DNA of 64,000 bases from Psammoneis japonica (Eukaryota): positions 196,142-260,141 of the forward strand of contig QPGO01000067.1 in NCBI GenBank assembly GCA_008632985.1, read 5' to 3'. Shown in pieces: positions 10,801 to 22,900 of this stretch. Both the position numbers and the translations under genes were made by a program. Numbering within the stretch: the first letter of the stretch is position 1; each line of letters begins with the position of its first letter. The notes below the pieces were generated by a model. It was not told the DNA's origin and searched no databases. It saw only the letters and a list, made by a program, of their open reading frames with translations.

Positions 10801-13800
10801 AGACCACTTTGTTGGGTGCTCCGCCAAACAATATAACTTTGTTGGATTTGCAATCGACGGAGGGATTATTTGGGATGGCCTTTAAGATGATCCGTGATCA
10901 AATTTCCTTTTTCAATGAAGAAGTGGATGATCCAGATGGACCCAGAGAGAATGGCCGAGATCTAAGGGCCAACGTATTCTTGCGAAGCGATGTGTTGGAT
11001 CAAGATCGAGCTCTTACACTCGACATTGGGATCGTCCTCTTGGAGAGTCATGACAACCTTTCGCACTCTACCTTGGAGGTTGAATCGATACGCCTTCTCG
11101 GGCTTGATACGTTTACCAAGTTTAACCCACTTTCGCTTATCGGAAACTATACATTGAAGAATGAGTTGGCTTTAGACTTTTTGACGGCCGAATTGGACCT
11201 GAGGCGCGCAACTCGTCCATCTACACTTCCGGAATCGATGGTTAAGCAGTCAGTTGTGGATGAAACGACCGAGAGCATCAAGGTTGAAATTGGACTTACT
11301 GAGGCCTATGCACTTTTTTCGGTACTGTTGGCAATTGATGACGACGCCTTGGGGGGCATGCCAGTGGGGGCGATCCTTGACCCAAGCGGCCTATTGCCAT
11401 GTTTTCTGTCCACGCTTTATCAAGCAGAACTTTCGGAGCTGAACGTGTCTGTTGCAGATTTTCGTGGGCCAAGCCTGAATGGCGAGATGTTGTCTGAAAA
11501 CATTTTCGATCTTCTCTCATCTTTTGCCGACGAATTGTTCTCCGTTTACAATACTACCTTCTCCGACGCCTTGCCAAACTTGATCTCGACGGGGGGTTTG
11601 GACCTTATCAACAATGATGTCATCAAGAGCTATGTCGACGATCCCATCAACACCAAATGTGTTAACAGCCGAGCTGAGTCGGGCAACAGTGATTTTATAG
11701 ATTTTCGAGATTTACTGTTGACACCAGAGAAGTCAAGAGAACTAGGCGGAAGCGGCGAAAGCCAATACGGGGATTTGGTCCGAATCATCATCGGATTTAT
11801 AAAGGAAGAAGCGCTGAAGATAGATTCAGATGGACTGTCATCGCTGAATGATCTTATCCGACCTTTCCTTGAGAGTGATCCCGATACTCCCGGCGCGATC
11901 GTCGTTGAAAACTTGTTCGAAGGGAGCTTTTTGTTTGAAGTCGGTGAAAGAGTTGCAGATATCGAATTGAGAGCCTTCGGTGCAAAAGTTGAAAATGTCG
12001 ACTCACTTGGCGCTCCGATTGGGCTCTTGGAACCGGTGTTAAACGAACCCAATATTCTCAACAATACAGTCACTCTTGGAGTAGGAGCTCCCGTGCGAGC
12101 TGCACTTCGTCTTGTGTTTGCACTGCAAGATGGTGAGGTATCGTGGAGTATATCTGTTTTGCTTTATAACCCGTTGCTCACGATCGTTGACTGTACGCTG
12201 TATCACTGTAGAGGACCTGCAACTTCGAAACGAGGTCGATATTAGCATCGATTTGGAGGCAGCTACGTTGGTTCTCGGTGCCTTGCTGAGAATATCCGAA
12301 GAGCCGTTTTGGGTGTTTCCCCTTCGTGACTTGACCAATTTCAACTGCTTGATAGCTACTATTCCTGCGCCTGTCCTTGATGCTCAAGGATTCAGAGTCG
12401 GAGGCGAGCCAGACGCGGCCGTGACCGACTTGGCATTGTCTATGGCCGCGCTAGATTTCAACTTCTCTTGTGTTTCATGTACAAGCCCAAAGTTAAACGA
12501 GCTCTCCGACCTTCTTTCTTCTCCCGAGAACGAGGACAATGTCTTCGAGGCAGGAAAGATGGTAGTTGACCTTGTCACCGATCTTGTCTCTGGTGATTTC
12601 GCTCAAAACCCGGATTGACCGCATACTTAACGAGGCCGCCATGCAGTGCCCTCACAACGATGCCTACGATCCCGCTGCATCGCTCGAATACGAGTCATTA
12701 GAACGACCCTATACAGGATCTCAGTCTGTGACATTCCTTGTTGCGATTGTTGCCGCCATGGCGTTTGCTTTCGTCATTGCACTGATCATCTATTTTGTGA
12801 TCAGGCGTATTGTTCGAAAGAGGCATCGCAAGTGGCTCATGTCTCTTTCCAGTGAAAACATTGCTGCTCTATACAAGGAGCAATGTCGAGAGTATGACAT
12901 CAACAAAGAAACCCAGTCCTTGTTCACCAGTCCGGTCATACCGAGATATGTGCGCTATCTATTGCCGATCCTCTTCCTTGGGACCATCGCATTGTTTCTC
13001 AGCGGCCATCTGTCTCTGGCAGCGCGCGTTAGCGTTGAGGCCAATTTGTTTGGTGAGAGTTTCGACATCGACAAGGTACAAGAATTCTCTATGAGCAAGT
13101 CCTTCTCCGACATCTGGAATGCTGGCAGTCATGAGCTTGCGATTCTGATTTTGATTTTCTCGGGTGTCTGGCCCTACAGCAAGCAGATCATTACGATTGT
13201 TCTTTGGTTCCTGCCGCCTTCGGTCTTGTCTGTATCAAGGAGAGGCAGTGTGTTTTACTGGCTTGACACTCTTGCTAAATGGTCCATGGTCGACGTGTTT
13301 ATGATGGTTGTTTCTATTGCTTCCTTTCGAGTTTCGTTCGAGAACCCCGAATCTGACATTTTGCCGGACGGCCTCTTCTCTTTCCAACTTATGGTCGTTC
13401 CTATGTGGGGTCTTTACGCCAACATGATAGCGCAGCTCCTTTCTCAAGTGAGCTCTCACTTTGTCATCCACTACCACAATCGCGTGGTGTTTGACGCTAG
13501 CGAGAAATACGACTACGAACACCCGAGTCCCAAAACTCTAGTCGGCGACGATGTGGAAAAAAATGGTTCTAATTCGGACACAAGCAGTTCCTTGTCATAT
13601 TCACGAATGACAAAAACAGAAAAAGTCCCGGACGGGCGTTTCGATCGACTCTACGTGCATGCTTTTGTTCGACCACATCGCGGGTCGTCAGACACGCTTG
13701 TTATTCGCCGTGGCATCAATGCATGCCTCATCGTGATATCGATTGCTATTGTGGTATTGGTGGTATTTGGTTGCATTCGACCCTCCTTCTCTGTGGAAGT

Positions 13801-15008
13801 ACTGGGAATAATTGGATTAGGAGTTGAGATTGGCGAGAAGGTTCAGAAAGCCGTCTCACAGTACAGCGTATTTGATTTAGTCAGCGTTCTTATGGATCAG
13901 GCACGGCATTTGGACTCTGCCGGGGACTATCTTGGTCTCGGAATTTTATCGGCATTGCTGATTATCTCTGTTTTGGTGGTCCCCATGATTCAGACATTGA
14001 TGCTGCTTATCCATTGGTTTACTCCAATGACGCGTCAACGCCGTGCCAAACTATACGTGGTTGTCGAGATTTTGCAAGCCTGGCAGTACATGGAGGTCTA
14101 CATCCTTTCAATTCTTGCCGGCGTTTGGCAACTGGGACAGGTATCAGAATATCTGTTTGGCCCCTATTGCACGGACTTGAGTTCTACCTTTGCAACTTTG
14201 CTGTATTTTGGTATCTTGGAATCGCGCCGAGATGCACGGTGCTTCGCCACAGAGCTGTCTGTCGAGAATGGCATTTTCTTCATGATAGCAGCAGCAGTGC
14301 TCTTGGCTCTGGTCAACACTTTTGTGACCAAGGCAATTGAACAGTACCACCGCGATACTGACGAGAACCTGCTGCGATTTGAAGCTGAAGGCCCCAGAGC
14401 ACTATCCCCCCTCCGCGTCGTTTGACCCAGAAGGCGACGTATCCGAGATAGCGGACAAGATCCATCCAGTTCCTGTCATGTTTACTGATCTGTTTCGGTG
14501 GTTGTTATGCCGCGAGGATTCCTCAATGGCAGTGAAACGAAACAATGCGGGCCAGGACTCTGTTGAGGATGACGGCCCTAGTCCACCAGGGGACAAAGAC
14601 CAGCAAGCGAATGATGTTGTATCTCCAGTCTCCTCAACAACTGCATATACCGCAGGCTCACTTTCGGACGTAGCCAGCGAGACCAATCAACGCGGAGCTT
14701 ACGCCAGTCCTATTGCAGCAACCGCGCTTGGTGCCGCAGCTGAAGAGAACGCGAATTCTGAAACAGCTGACCAAGGCTTTGACGAGGATGGTGACTTTCC
14801 GGTGCTGGCAAAGGCCACTCAAGCTGTTGCAGCCAGCAGCAATTCGCCTTATGCCAAGAGAGTTGAAAAGCGCAACAGCAAAGACTCTCTGTCTCCCGAC
14901 CGTGCGTCTAGTTCCGAGTGGGTGGTTTTCGATTCAGTTTGTGGTTCGTCGAGTATGGAGTCTTTGGAAGATGAACCTCGCAGTACTTACTTCCCTTCCT
15001 TTAAATGA
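7896..15008 (+). CDS. Giant (~2300 aa) signal-peptide protein with three ~335-aa tandem repeats and C-terminal duplicated PqiA-like (paraquat-inducible A/LetA) membrane domains
   Basis: Signal peptide. Intron 12133-12211 (GTGAGG...CTGTAG) joins ORFs in frame. Single-base slips at ~12605 and ~14410. PqiA-type motifs FSGVWPYSK..LAKWSMVDVF and ILQAWQYMEVYILSI. Confidence 0.8.
8730..11680 (+). repeat. Three intragenic tandem repeats of ~1.0 kb (units start ~8733, ~9738, ~10740)
   Basis: Recurring NE.L.E..G......PLLPET.LL.APP...EVDDP.GP...GRDL.AN.FLR..VLDQDRAL...SGLLPC.LSTL...KSY.DDP.NT.C. Confidence 0.95.
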
Positions 15009-15477
15009 TCTATTTGACGCGAGCGGGTGGTGATTGGGATCTAGCGGGCTGGATGCGCAAGGCAACAGGGCTGTGGTGGTGCATTCCGCAACATCTGATT
15101 CTCACGGGGCGTGATAACGGTGTTCCGGCAACCCTGCTACTAGATCTTGTTTCTTTAGAACGAATTACTTTGGCTTAAGGCCGCTTACGAGATTGCATGA
15201 TTGTTGATGGTAAATGTAATGTCAGTAGCATGTTAAGAATGAAGTGATCTATTAATGTCTTTGACAGCTTCCTAACGGTACAAGCATCGTACCGTACCGG
15301 TATGAGATCGACAAAGCAAGAAATAAGAAATGCAGGATGGCTGGGATGGACAGACCGTCGCGTTTGTTTTGTTGATGATTGCGATTTGATTGATGACTGC
15401 TCGTTGCCAGTTGCCACGCACAAAGGCACGGCCATCATCTTTTATTCCAGGGATATCACTGATTATAGTATAATACA

Positions 15478-16127
15478 ATGCTGCTTCTGAGACATCTCCT
15501 CTTGTTAGGCCTCATCGTTCCTTCTGTGACTGGTTTTGCCGCCAAAAAGAAAAAGAGTGGTTCGTCCAAGAAACGTGTTGCTCGCACCACCAAGGGCTTT
15601 GGCGCTGCACCTCCCACGTTTGACGAGGTCGTCTCCAAGTTTCGTACCCGCCTTCCCGATTCACCACAAGAGCGGATTGCCCATGTGGTTCCTCCAAATC
15701 TTATGGAGACTGCTGCATGCCGTTCCATACAGGTCAAGTGTCCTGTCGGACGCCGACAAGTGTCTTGCGGACGCGCTACACCGCCTTTGCCTATCGATTG
15801 ATCAAGTACGTGATCGAAACGACACATCCGACTTGCAGAGATTATGAAGACGACAAGATCAATTGGGCTCAAGGGTTGAATAGGGATGGAATGTTTGATT
15901 CCTTCGAATTCGTCGGTTTGGATGCAGGCCCGGAAGAACAGGGAGACAATGACAACGAAGCCTTTATTGATTTCGCTGTGCGGTTACGAAAAAGGGACGA
16001 CTCTAAAGAGACTTCAGTGTTGGAAAAATCAAAATTCTTACGGGATGATGAGGGTGTGTGGTCCTATGCAAGTGGGGAAGTTCGAACAAATGTTGCTGGA
16101 CTAGAAGATGCGGTTCTAAACAAATGA
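15478..16127 (+). CDS. YchJ/UPF0225-like SEC-C + NTF2-like protein, probably plastid-targeted
   Basis: Signal peptide ending VTG-F followed by a basic transit-like stretch. After a 1-bp slip at ~15668 it reads ADCPCGSSKSYGDCCMPFH...VLRTRYTAF...THP...LEKSKFLR..GVWSYASG. Confidence 0.8.
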
Positions 16128-16783
16128 GCAACAAGTTGAGAGTTGAATGTAGCCGAGTCGAATTAAATTGCTACTTCGAGCAATATTGTCTTCACCATCA
16201 AGAAGCTGCCGTATTGTAACTTATAGGACGTCAAGAAGAAGCGAACGAGAACGTAGATGACAAGTCCTTCTGTGCAGGTGTCTCTCTAGCCAGTGCTTCT
16301 GCTTCTAGTGTAGTGAGGCCTGCATTACAATTATTTTTCACGAGACAGTAGCCAAGGCTTGAGAGAGTACGATAGTCTACTGTGAAGTGAAACGCTAAAA
16401 ACAGTTGCCTTCTCTTCCGTGTTTGTAACCTTAGTGTCTTGTTCGCAGTTGTTTTTCGAGAAAAAAATACCACACACTTTTAAAATTTTTCGAGCTCCAA
16501 TTTCCACAACAACCGCGCGAGCTCCGCCTCTTCATCCAATTCGCGCAGGAGTGCGCGACGGAGCAGTAGTCGGAGTCGCACACGCTTTTGCAGTCTCATG
16601 ATTTGAAACACTCGGGAATGACGCGCCCACATCAGAAAACTGACCAATCGGCGACCACAAAGTTTACGTGGCGCGTGCAGTAAGTGATGTCGATTTGAAT
16701 TTGGGTGTCGATGGTCGAGAGGTTGTCGACGACACAGACGGGGAGAGGCAAGGAAAAGCGATTGGCCAGCAGCAGCCTCCACT

Positions 16784-17926
16784 ATGAAGTCGTTTCAGCA
16801 CGACAGCTACGCAACAATGTCTGAGAGGCAGCTTCATCGCACGCTACAGGAGGCCCATAACGCTCTAAACAGGGACCAACAAAGTTATGAAGCGAGTTAT
16901 GATTCATTGGCTTACTCAGAAGCGACGCCATTGTTTATCTCGAATTCTGACGCCGGTAGCCTTGATTCTTCTTCTTCGAGGGCACGGCTCGGAGGGAGTT
17001 TACGCGATAAGCTACTGGTTTCTGTCTTGGTGGCATGCGCCGTGACGACACTCGCCCTGATTGGCCATGTGCACATGCATCACAATGACGACTACTCGTT
17101 GACAATGCTGGATATGGCGTTGCATGGTCACATTGCCCGTCAGCGAGCCGACGAGTTTTCAAACATGGCGCACGACTTTCTTGGAGACGCCAAACACAAG
17201 ACAAAGGGTATTCATAGGGTCAGTACGCCGGACGGATGTGAAGCTACCGTGTTGCTCTTGCGTCATTGCGAAAAAGAGAGTATCCGAGAGCACTGCGATT
17301 ACAACGGTTACGAGCGCTCTGTTTACTTGTCGACGCTCTTTGGAGATGGCGACGAACGCTGGCCAGCACCGAGCTATATCTTTGCGCTCGCGCCTGGCAA
17401 ACGCCACAATCCGGACAAGAAGAACTATCGCGAGGTTGAGACGGTTCAACCACTGGCTGACAAGGTCAACGTGACCATTGACGACTCGTATGATACCAAA
17501 CACTCGTCTCGCATGGCAGAGCACCTTTTGGGGCTGCTAAGGTCTGGTGAACTTTGCGGAAAGCTTGCCGTTGTGAATTGGAAACATACTGGTATTCCTC
17601 GCTTGGCACACAAACTTGGATGTGGGCCCGGAAAGGGTTGTCCTCTGGACTATCCTGGTGCAAGTTTCGACGAAGCATGGGAAATTCGATTTGTGTACAA
17701 GAAGCTCTGGCATTCAACCAGGAAGAATGGCAAGATTCCGAGGGAAAGAAGCTGGCAGATTTATGGAAGTGTGCAGAACGAAGGTTTTGATCCTTTGAGT
17801 TTCAGCAAGAAATACAAGGACTACCGTCCGGGAGGAACAAACCACGGTGCCCGATGGAGCGACGAGGCTATGGAAGTTACCGAGGGTACCATCAAGAGCA
17901 TCGAAGATGTGAACGATGGCGAATGA
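16784..17926 (+). CDS. Type II membrane protein with histidine-phosphatase (phosphoglycerate mutase-like) domain
   Basis: Single TM segment. LLLRHCEK (RHG-like motif), G.ERS.YL, R.VETVQPLA, VVNWKH..IP. Confidence 0.7.
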   Translation: MKSFQHDSYATMSERQLHRTLQEAHNALNRDQQSYEASYDSLAYSEATPLFISNSDAGSLDSSSSRARLGGSLRDKLLVSVLVACAVTTLALIGHVHMHHNDDYSLTMLDMALHGHIARQRADEFSNMAHDFLGDAKHKTKGIHRVSTPDGCEATVLLLRHCEKESIREHCDYNGYERSVYLSTLFGDGDERWPAPSYIFALAPGKRHNPDKKNYREVETVQPLADKVNVTIDDSYDTKHSSRMAEHLLGLLRSGELCGKLAVVNWKHTGIPRLAHKLGCGPGKGCPLDYPGASFDEAWEIRFVYKKLWHSTRKNGKIPRERSWQIYGSVQNEGFDPLSFSKKYKDYRPGGTNHGARWSDEAMEVTEGTIKSIEDVNDGE

Positions 17927-18681
17927 GCTGAATAATCAGAAGAGGTGAAGAAAATGCTACCGGTATCACGAAGAATTCTTGCACTTGAACTGCAAGAATA
18001 CCCCTGCTACAGCTATATATATTCTTTCATCCTACAAAGTAAATCCTAGATAGATAGACTACTGCTTATATGATTGAGCTAAGCCCCATACCGGTACCGG
18101 CGTTATCAATTACAGTAGTAGACCTGACGACTGAAAGTTTGTTGGAGTCTCGGATGCACTTCGTCCTGCCGCTGGTAGGATTTCTACAGGTTTCTCTCCA
18201 CTTCTGTATCTCAGACCGAATTTCGTACTCTGTTTTATTCTCTACAAATCTATCAATGCAAAGTTCATCTATATCTGCAACTCGCAAATCATAGAGCATT
18301 TGTAATCTGCGTTGTCAAAAAGTGAGGCAAACTGACAAAAAATGGGCTCTTTCAATCCTCTCGCTATATATTTTATTCATACCTTTTGATGGCCATTTTA
18401 TTATATATTCTCAACGGTTCAATCATATAAAATAAAGATCCAGAACTGAGTATTTTATGCTGCATGTGACCACGTTCCAACAAAATTTGGATGGTATTTC
18501 CTGTACGGCGTTGATCGAACAAAAGCAAATGATATATTCGGCTCTTAATTATTATAACTGAATATCGTCTATTGAGATCTGAAAATAGATAACTTTTTTC
18601 GCAATGTCACACCGCCATTTTACGAACGGCTCTCGTCGCATCATCATCGCATAAAAATTTTCTTCGACAGAGTTAGGGACA

Positions 18682-21177
18682 ATGACGGAAGTTCCCACTG
18701 CCGTCGCAACCTCGGGTCGCCATGCGATTGACATTCGTGTCTTCATCGCGGCTCTGTCGACGTTGATGGTCGTTTCGTTCGGAGCAGGAGTTTACTTTGG
18801 CCCGGCTCCGCCCAAGATTCATGTGCCTCACCAACTCATGGCTGATTTGGGACACCTCCCAGAACGGCACGTGAACTTTGAGACCCCCACGTTGGAAGGA
18901 ACGGTGGAAGGCACTGCCAAGAAGGTGAAGGAACTCGAGGAAAAAGTTAAGGAAGCAGACGACGATGAGGAGCATCTTCCTGCCGGACAGCACTTGCTGG
19001 TTGATATCAAAGGCGTGGATGCTGACTTTCTGGATTCGGAGGAACGCCTCGCCGATGCCATGGTGGAAGCTGTCAAAGCGGGTGGACTGACGCTGTTGAG
19101 CTACCATTGCCATGCTTTGCAGCCGTCGGGTGTATCATGTGTTGGGGTCTTGTTGGAGAGTCATATTTCCTTTCATACGTGGCCGGATGAGGGCGTCATT
19201 ACTCTGGACCTGTTTACGTGCGGATCCAACCCACGTGAGTTTCATTTTGTTTGCTGCATAATAATGTTGCTATTGACTTGTTCTAGCATGTTTTTACTAA
19301 CTTATACTCTCTAACTCAATTTCTTATCTTACTTCTTTTGCAGTCTTACCGGTGGTTCCCGTGCTGGAGAAGCTCTTTGGAGTGGGTGAGAACACCTCGG
19401 CTCAGTGGGCTCATGAATTGCGTGGATTCCGCAACGACGATGAACGCCGCTCTCTCTATCTCGATAACAAGTCCGATTTGGCCTTTCACGTGTTGAGCTC
19501 GTTGGAGATGGCGTCCAAGGATATGATTGTGTCTGTCAAGAGTCCTTACCAGCAAATAGATATTTGGGATATCATGGAAGTGACCGACTATCCCAGTTAT
19601 GAGGATGGAATGAAGGCTGGACTCAAACCGGGAGATCCTCGTTGGCTTACCAATGAAGTGGCAACGCCTGATCGTCTTGTCTTTTTGGACGGGAACTTAC
19701 AGGTGAGAACAAGATTTGTGTACTTGTACTTGTTGTGTGTAGAACAATGTACCTCACCCTCTATTCTTCGCATATGCATCCATATAGAGTCTCCGTTACA
19801 CAGAGCACGAGCGCCACGAGTCCTTGGTACATCCGGCCATGTTTGCTCACCCCAAGCCTGCGCGTGTTGCCATTGTTGGCGGTGGACAGAGTGCCGCCAT
19901 GCGCGAAGTTCTCAAACACAACACGGTTGAATCCGTCACCATGATTGAAAGGGATGAGATGCTGATTGAAATTTGCCGCGAGCATCTTCCGTCCTACTCG
20001 GACTGCTCTGATTTGTTGGATCGTGCCGATAACTGCTTTGATGATGAGTTGGCTACGATCATTAATGAGGACGGACCCAAATGGTTTGTTGATCGTTATG
20101 GAAATGGAAACGAGACGGTAGCCAAGCCGGACGGTTTGTTTGATGTCGTCATCATGGAGGGACTCGACCCAAACGCAAAGAAGGAAACACCTGACGAGAT
20201 GTACAGTGACCAATACTTCTTGGAGAGTGTCATCAAGAGCATGTCGGATGATGGAGTCCTTGCTGTTCCTGTCGGAGGAGCCCCGGGCATTACCGACCCC
20301 AGGGCCGACATGGGGATTCACGCCAAGCGCGAGGTCTTTTTTAACATTCTTGAAAACATTGAAGGCGTTGCCGCCATGTTTGTCTACGAGGAAGCCCACT
20401 GCGGCTTTGATGATCCCCGTTCATTCTTGGTGGCCTGCAAGAGCGCCGACTGCCGCAGCCGCTGGTATGCCGAGAGCGATGCGATTGATTACCAGATTTA
20501 CGACCGCATTATCCGCACGCACTCCAAGGAACGTCCTCTTGTTCATTTTGACGGAAGCACTCAGTTTTCCTTCCAGATCCCACCCAAGGCTTGGGAGACT
20601 GTGTATTGCCGCCGTGAACCGAAGCCCTTTGAGTGTGACTACCTCGGACTTGATCGCACCAAGCAGTTGTTTGAGTATGACATTGAGAACGAAGACGAAA
20701 GTGCTTTTGAAGTTAAATCGGAAGAAGAATACGTCAAGGGCGAACACCATACTTCGGTTTACGCCAAGGTTGATATTCCCAAGGGATCCTACATTATGCC
20801 ACAGCACCTAGCGAGTTCCTTTGTGATTTCGGATAAAAGCGTCAAGAACTTACAGGACAATGCGGTGGTTGCTGATACCGGCCCCGTTACCGTTATGAAG
20901 ACTTGCTGGAATTCATCGACATGTACGGTCACAAGAGTCTATCCGAGGGGTCCGCCATTACGCTGTGGAAGTGGGCGTCACCTACATGATTCGTCGTGTA
21001 AAGGATGAGAATGAAGCGAACATTGGCAGGTGGATGCCTAACCATCCCTCTGGCAAGCGTCCCGTCTATTCCCCTGTTTACGAGCGTCGTCGTCGCAGCT
21101 ATGATGTGTTCTTGGTGGCTACTAAGGATATTGCCAAAGGAGAGGAACTTCTCAAGCCTGAAAATCTCTGGGATTGA
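18682..21177 (+). CDS. S-adenosylmethionine decarboxylase - aminopropyltransferase (spermidine synthase-like) - SET-like domain fusion
   Basis: GQHLLVD..LLESHISFHTWP..LDLFTCG (class 1 AdoMetDC). KSPYQQIDI, LVFLDGNLQ, HESLVHPAMFAHPKPARVAIVGGG (aminopropyltransferase). VYAKVDIPKG and LVATKDIAKGEEL (SET). Introns 19235-19343 and 19703-19787; two indels at ~20895-20960. Confidence 0.9.
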
Positions 21178-21399
21178 GCTGCCTCCTTACCCCTACGGTA
21201 CTGCACTTTTATTATGCAAGCAAGAACAAAAACTAAGATGTGTTACTAGTCATTTTAAGTAAAGGTTGCATGCTGTACATCGCAAGTACCTTCCAAAGGC
21301 TTTGTTTTAGAAGTGGCATGAAGTTTTCATCGTGCCGTGATTACCAAACACATCACACAGCATGAAGTTCATTTCATATCAATGAAATCATTTCATTAA

Positions 21400-22561
21400 T
21401 TAGCGCATAGGGCGCAGTCTTGCCTTGCCATTTCCCCTTTTGGACGTTTGCTCCTTGTATTTTACGGCATTGCTCGGGGGAACAAAGACAACCGACTCCA
21501 ATCCAGGTTGCTTTGATTTCGCGAAGCGTTTGCGAAGAGCAGCGGCCGGGTCCTTCCAATTGATCTTTTGTTGGTTAAACCATCGATCCCTGTCCATACT
21601 GGTAAGAACATCCCACAAGTTGTATACCTCCACCGACTTTGGCTTGTTTGGAATGCTTACCTTTTTGTTTTGTTTTCTCATATTATCCCACGCGTCCATC
21701 ATGTCCTCGTACGAAAAGAACAGCGGAATTTCTTCCCTGACACCCGTCGTGACTCGCTTCACCTTGGGCAAGACCTTTTTCATTTCCGGTGCATAAAAGA
21801 CGGGAATACCAGTGTATCCCTCCATATGAGCACTTGCTTGCTGCGGAGGGAGTCAACTTGGACACATGAGTCGGGTCCTTCTTTTCGCGACGTCGGTCCT
21901 TGTTGGTGGCGCTAAAGTCCTGGCTGTTGCCCGCAATCATTTCCGCGTCTGCGGCAGGCGTCTTTCCAAACAAGCCCAAGCGCTCCCGACCCACACATCG
22001 CGATGCGTAGAAAAGCTGTCGTTTGGGAGGAACAATCTTGTACCGGAGCGATCCACCCTCTTCTGCAGATTTGAGATTGCCACTGTACGCATCCGGCGGA
22101 ACACCGGTAGGCAGACCGTTTCCAGATTCGACGCCTGGCGGAGTGCCTTGGCCAGAGTCGTGGTGGTAATGCGCATGTCTGTGTTCTTCATATGCCCCAT
22201 CTGTTTCATTTGTTCGTGTTGTTGAATAGCATCGTCCGGGTCCATGAAAAAGAGCGCACAGGCCGAGTGCCCATGGCATCCGGATCACTCATGTCGACGC
22301 CACCAGATCTGGTTTTCTTTGCCTTTTCTTCCGGGAGTTCCTCCACTTGTTCAAAGTTCATGTACGGTGCACCCCAAGATGTGGTGACTTGAAAGACGGG
22401 GTGACAAGCAATGCGATCATAGGGTGTGTCAGCGGATGTTGCGGACCCAAACATGCCGGAGAAATTCAATGTGCGACGTGCCCGAGTCAATACCGATCCG
22501 AGATTTGCAGTCACAGCGACTGTCATGAACAGCAAAAGCAACAACACACGAAAGGTTCCAT
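21400..22561 (-). CDS. Tic22-like family protein (split by frameshifts)
   Basis: HPVFQVTTSWGAPY..FFMDPDDA..MRITTTTLAKAL; GIPVFY..IPLFFSYEDMMDAW..VEVYNL..VVFVPP. Hydrophobic N-terminal leader. Several 1-bp slips. Confidence 0.7.
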
Positions 22562-22900
22562 GGCGCTTCAAAAGTACTTCCGAACGACCAATACAAGCAA
22601 CGTGGGTTGATGAGTTGATGTTTCGAATGATTTTGTGAGGGTGATCAGTGATGAGGCAGGAGCGCCACGCGGAGGAAGTCAAAAGGAAGTCTAAAATTTG
22701 AAAATTCCTTTTCTCTACCGTTTTTGCAAAAACATAGTTTCAAGTAATATTGTTGTCCGAACATACTACCTTGAAGTAGATGTTGCAGTTCGCCGTTTTG
22801 GAGTTGGAGTTCAGTTTCCAAATTCGCATGCAATCAACCCCCCATGATCAAAGCTGCAAGCTACTTGTACAGTACACCGCTGGCAACAAGCCCCTGAACC

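Noticed and set aside
18066..18299. 77-aa ORF between the phosphatase-like gene and the polyamine fusion
   Set aside because: Short, no recognisable motif, and overlapped by an equally long antisense ORF.
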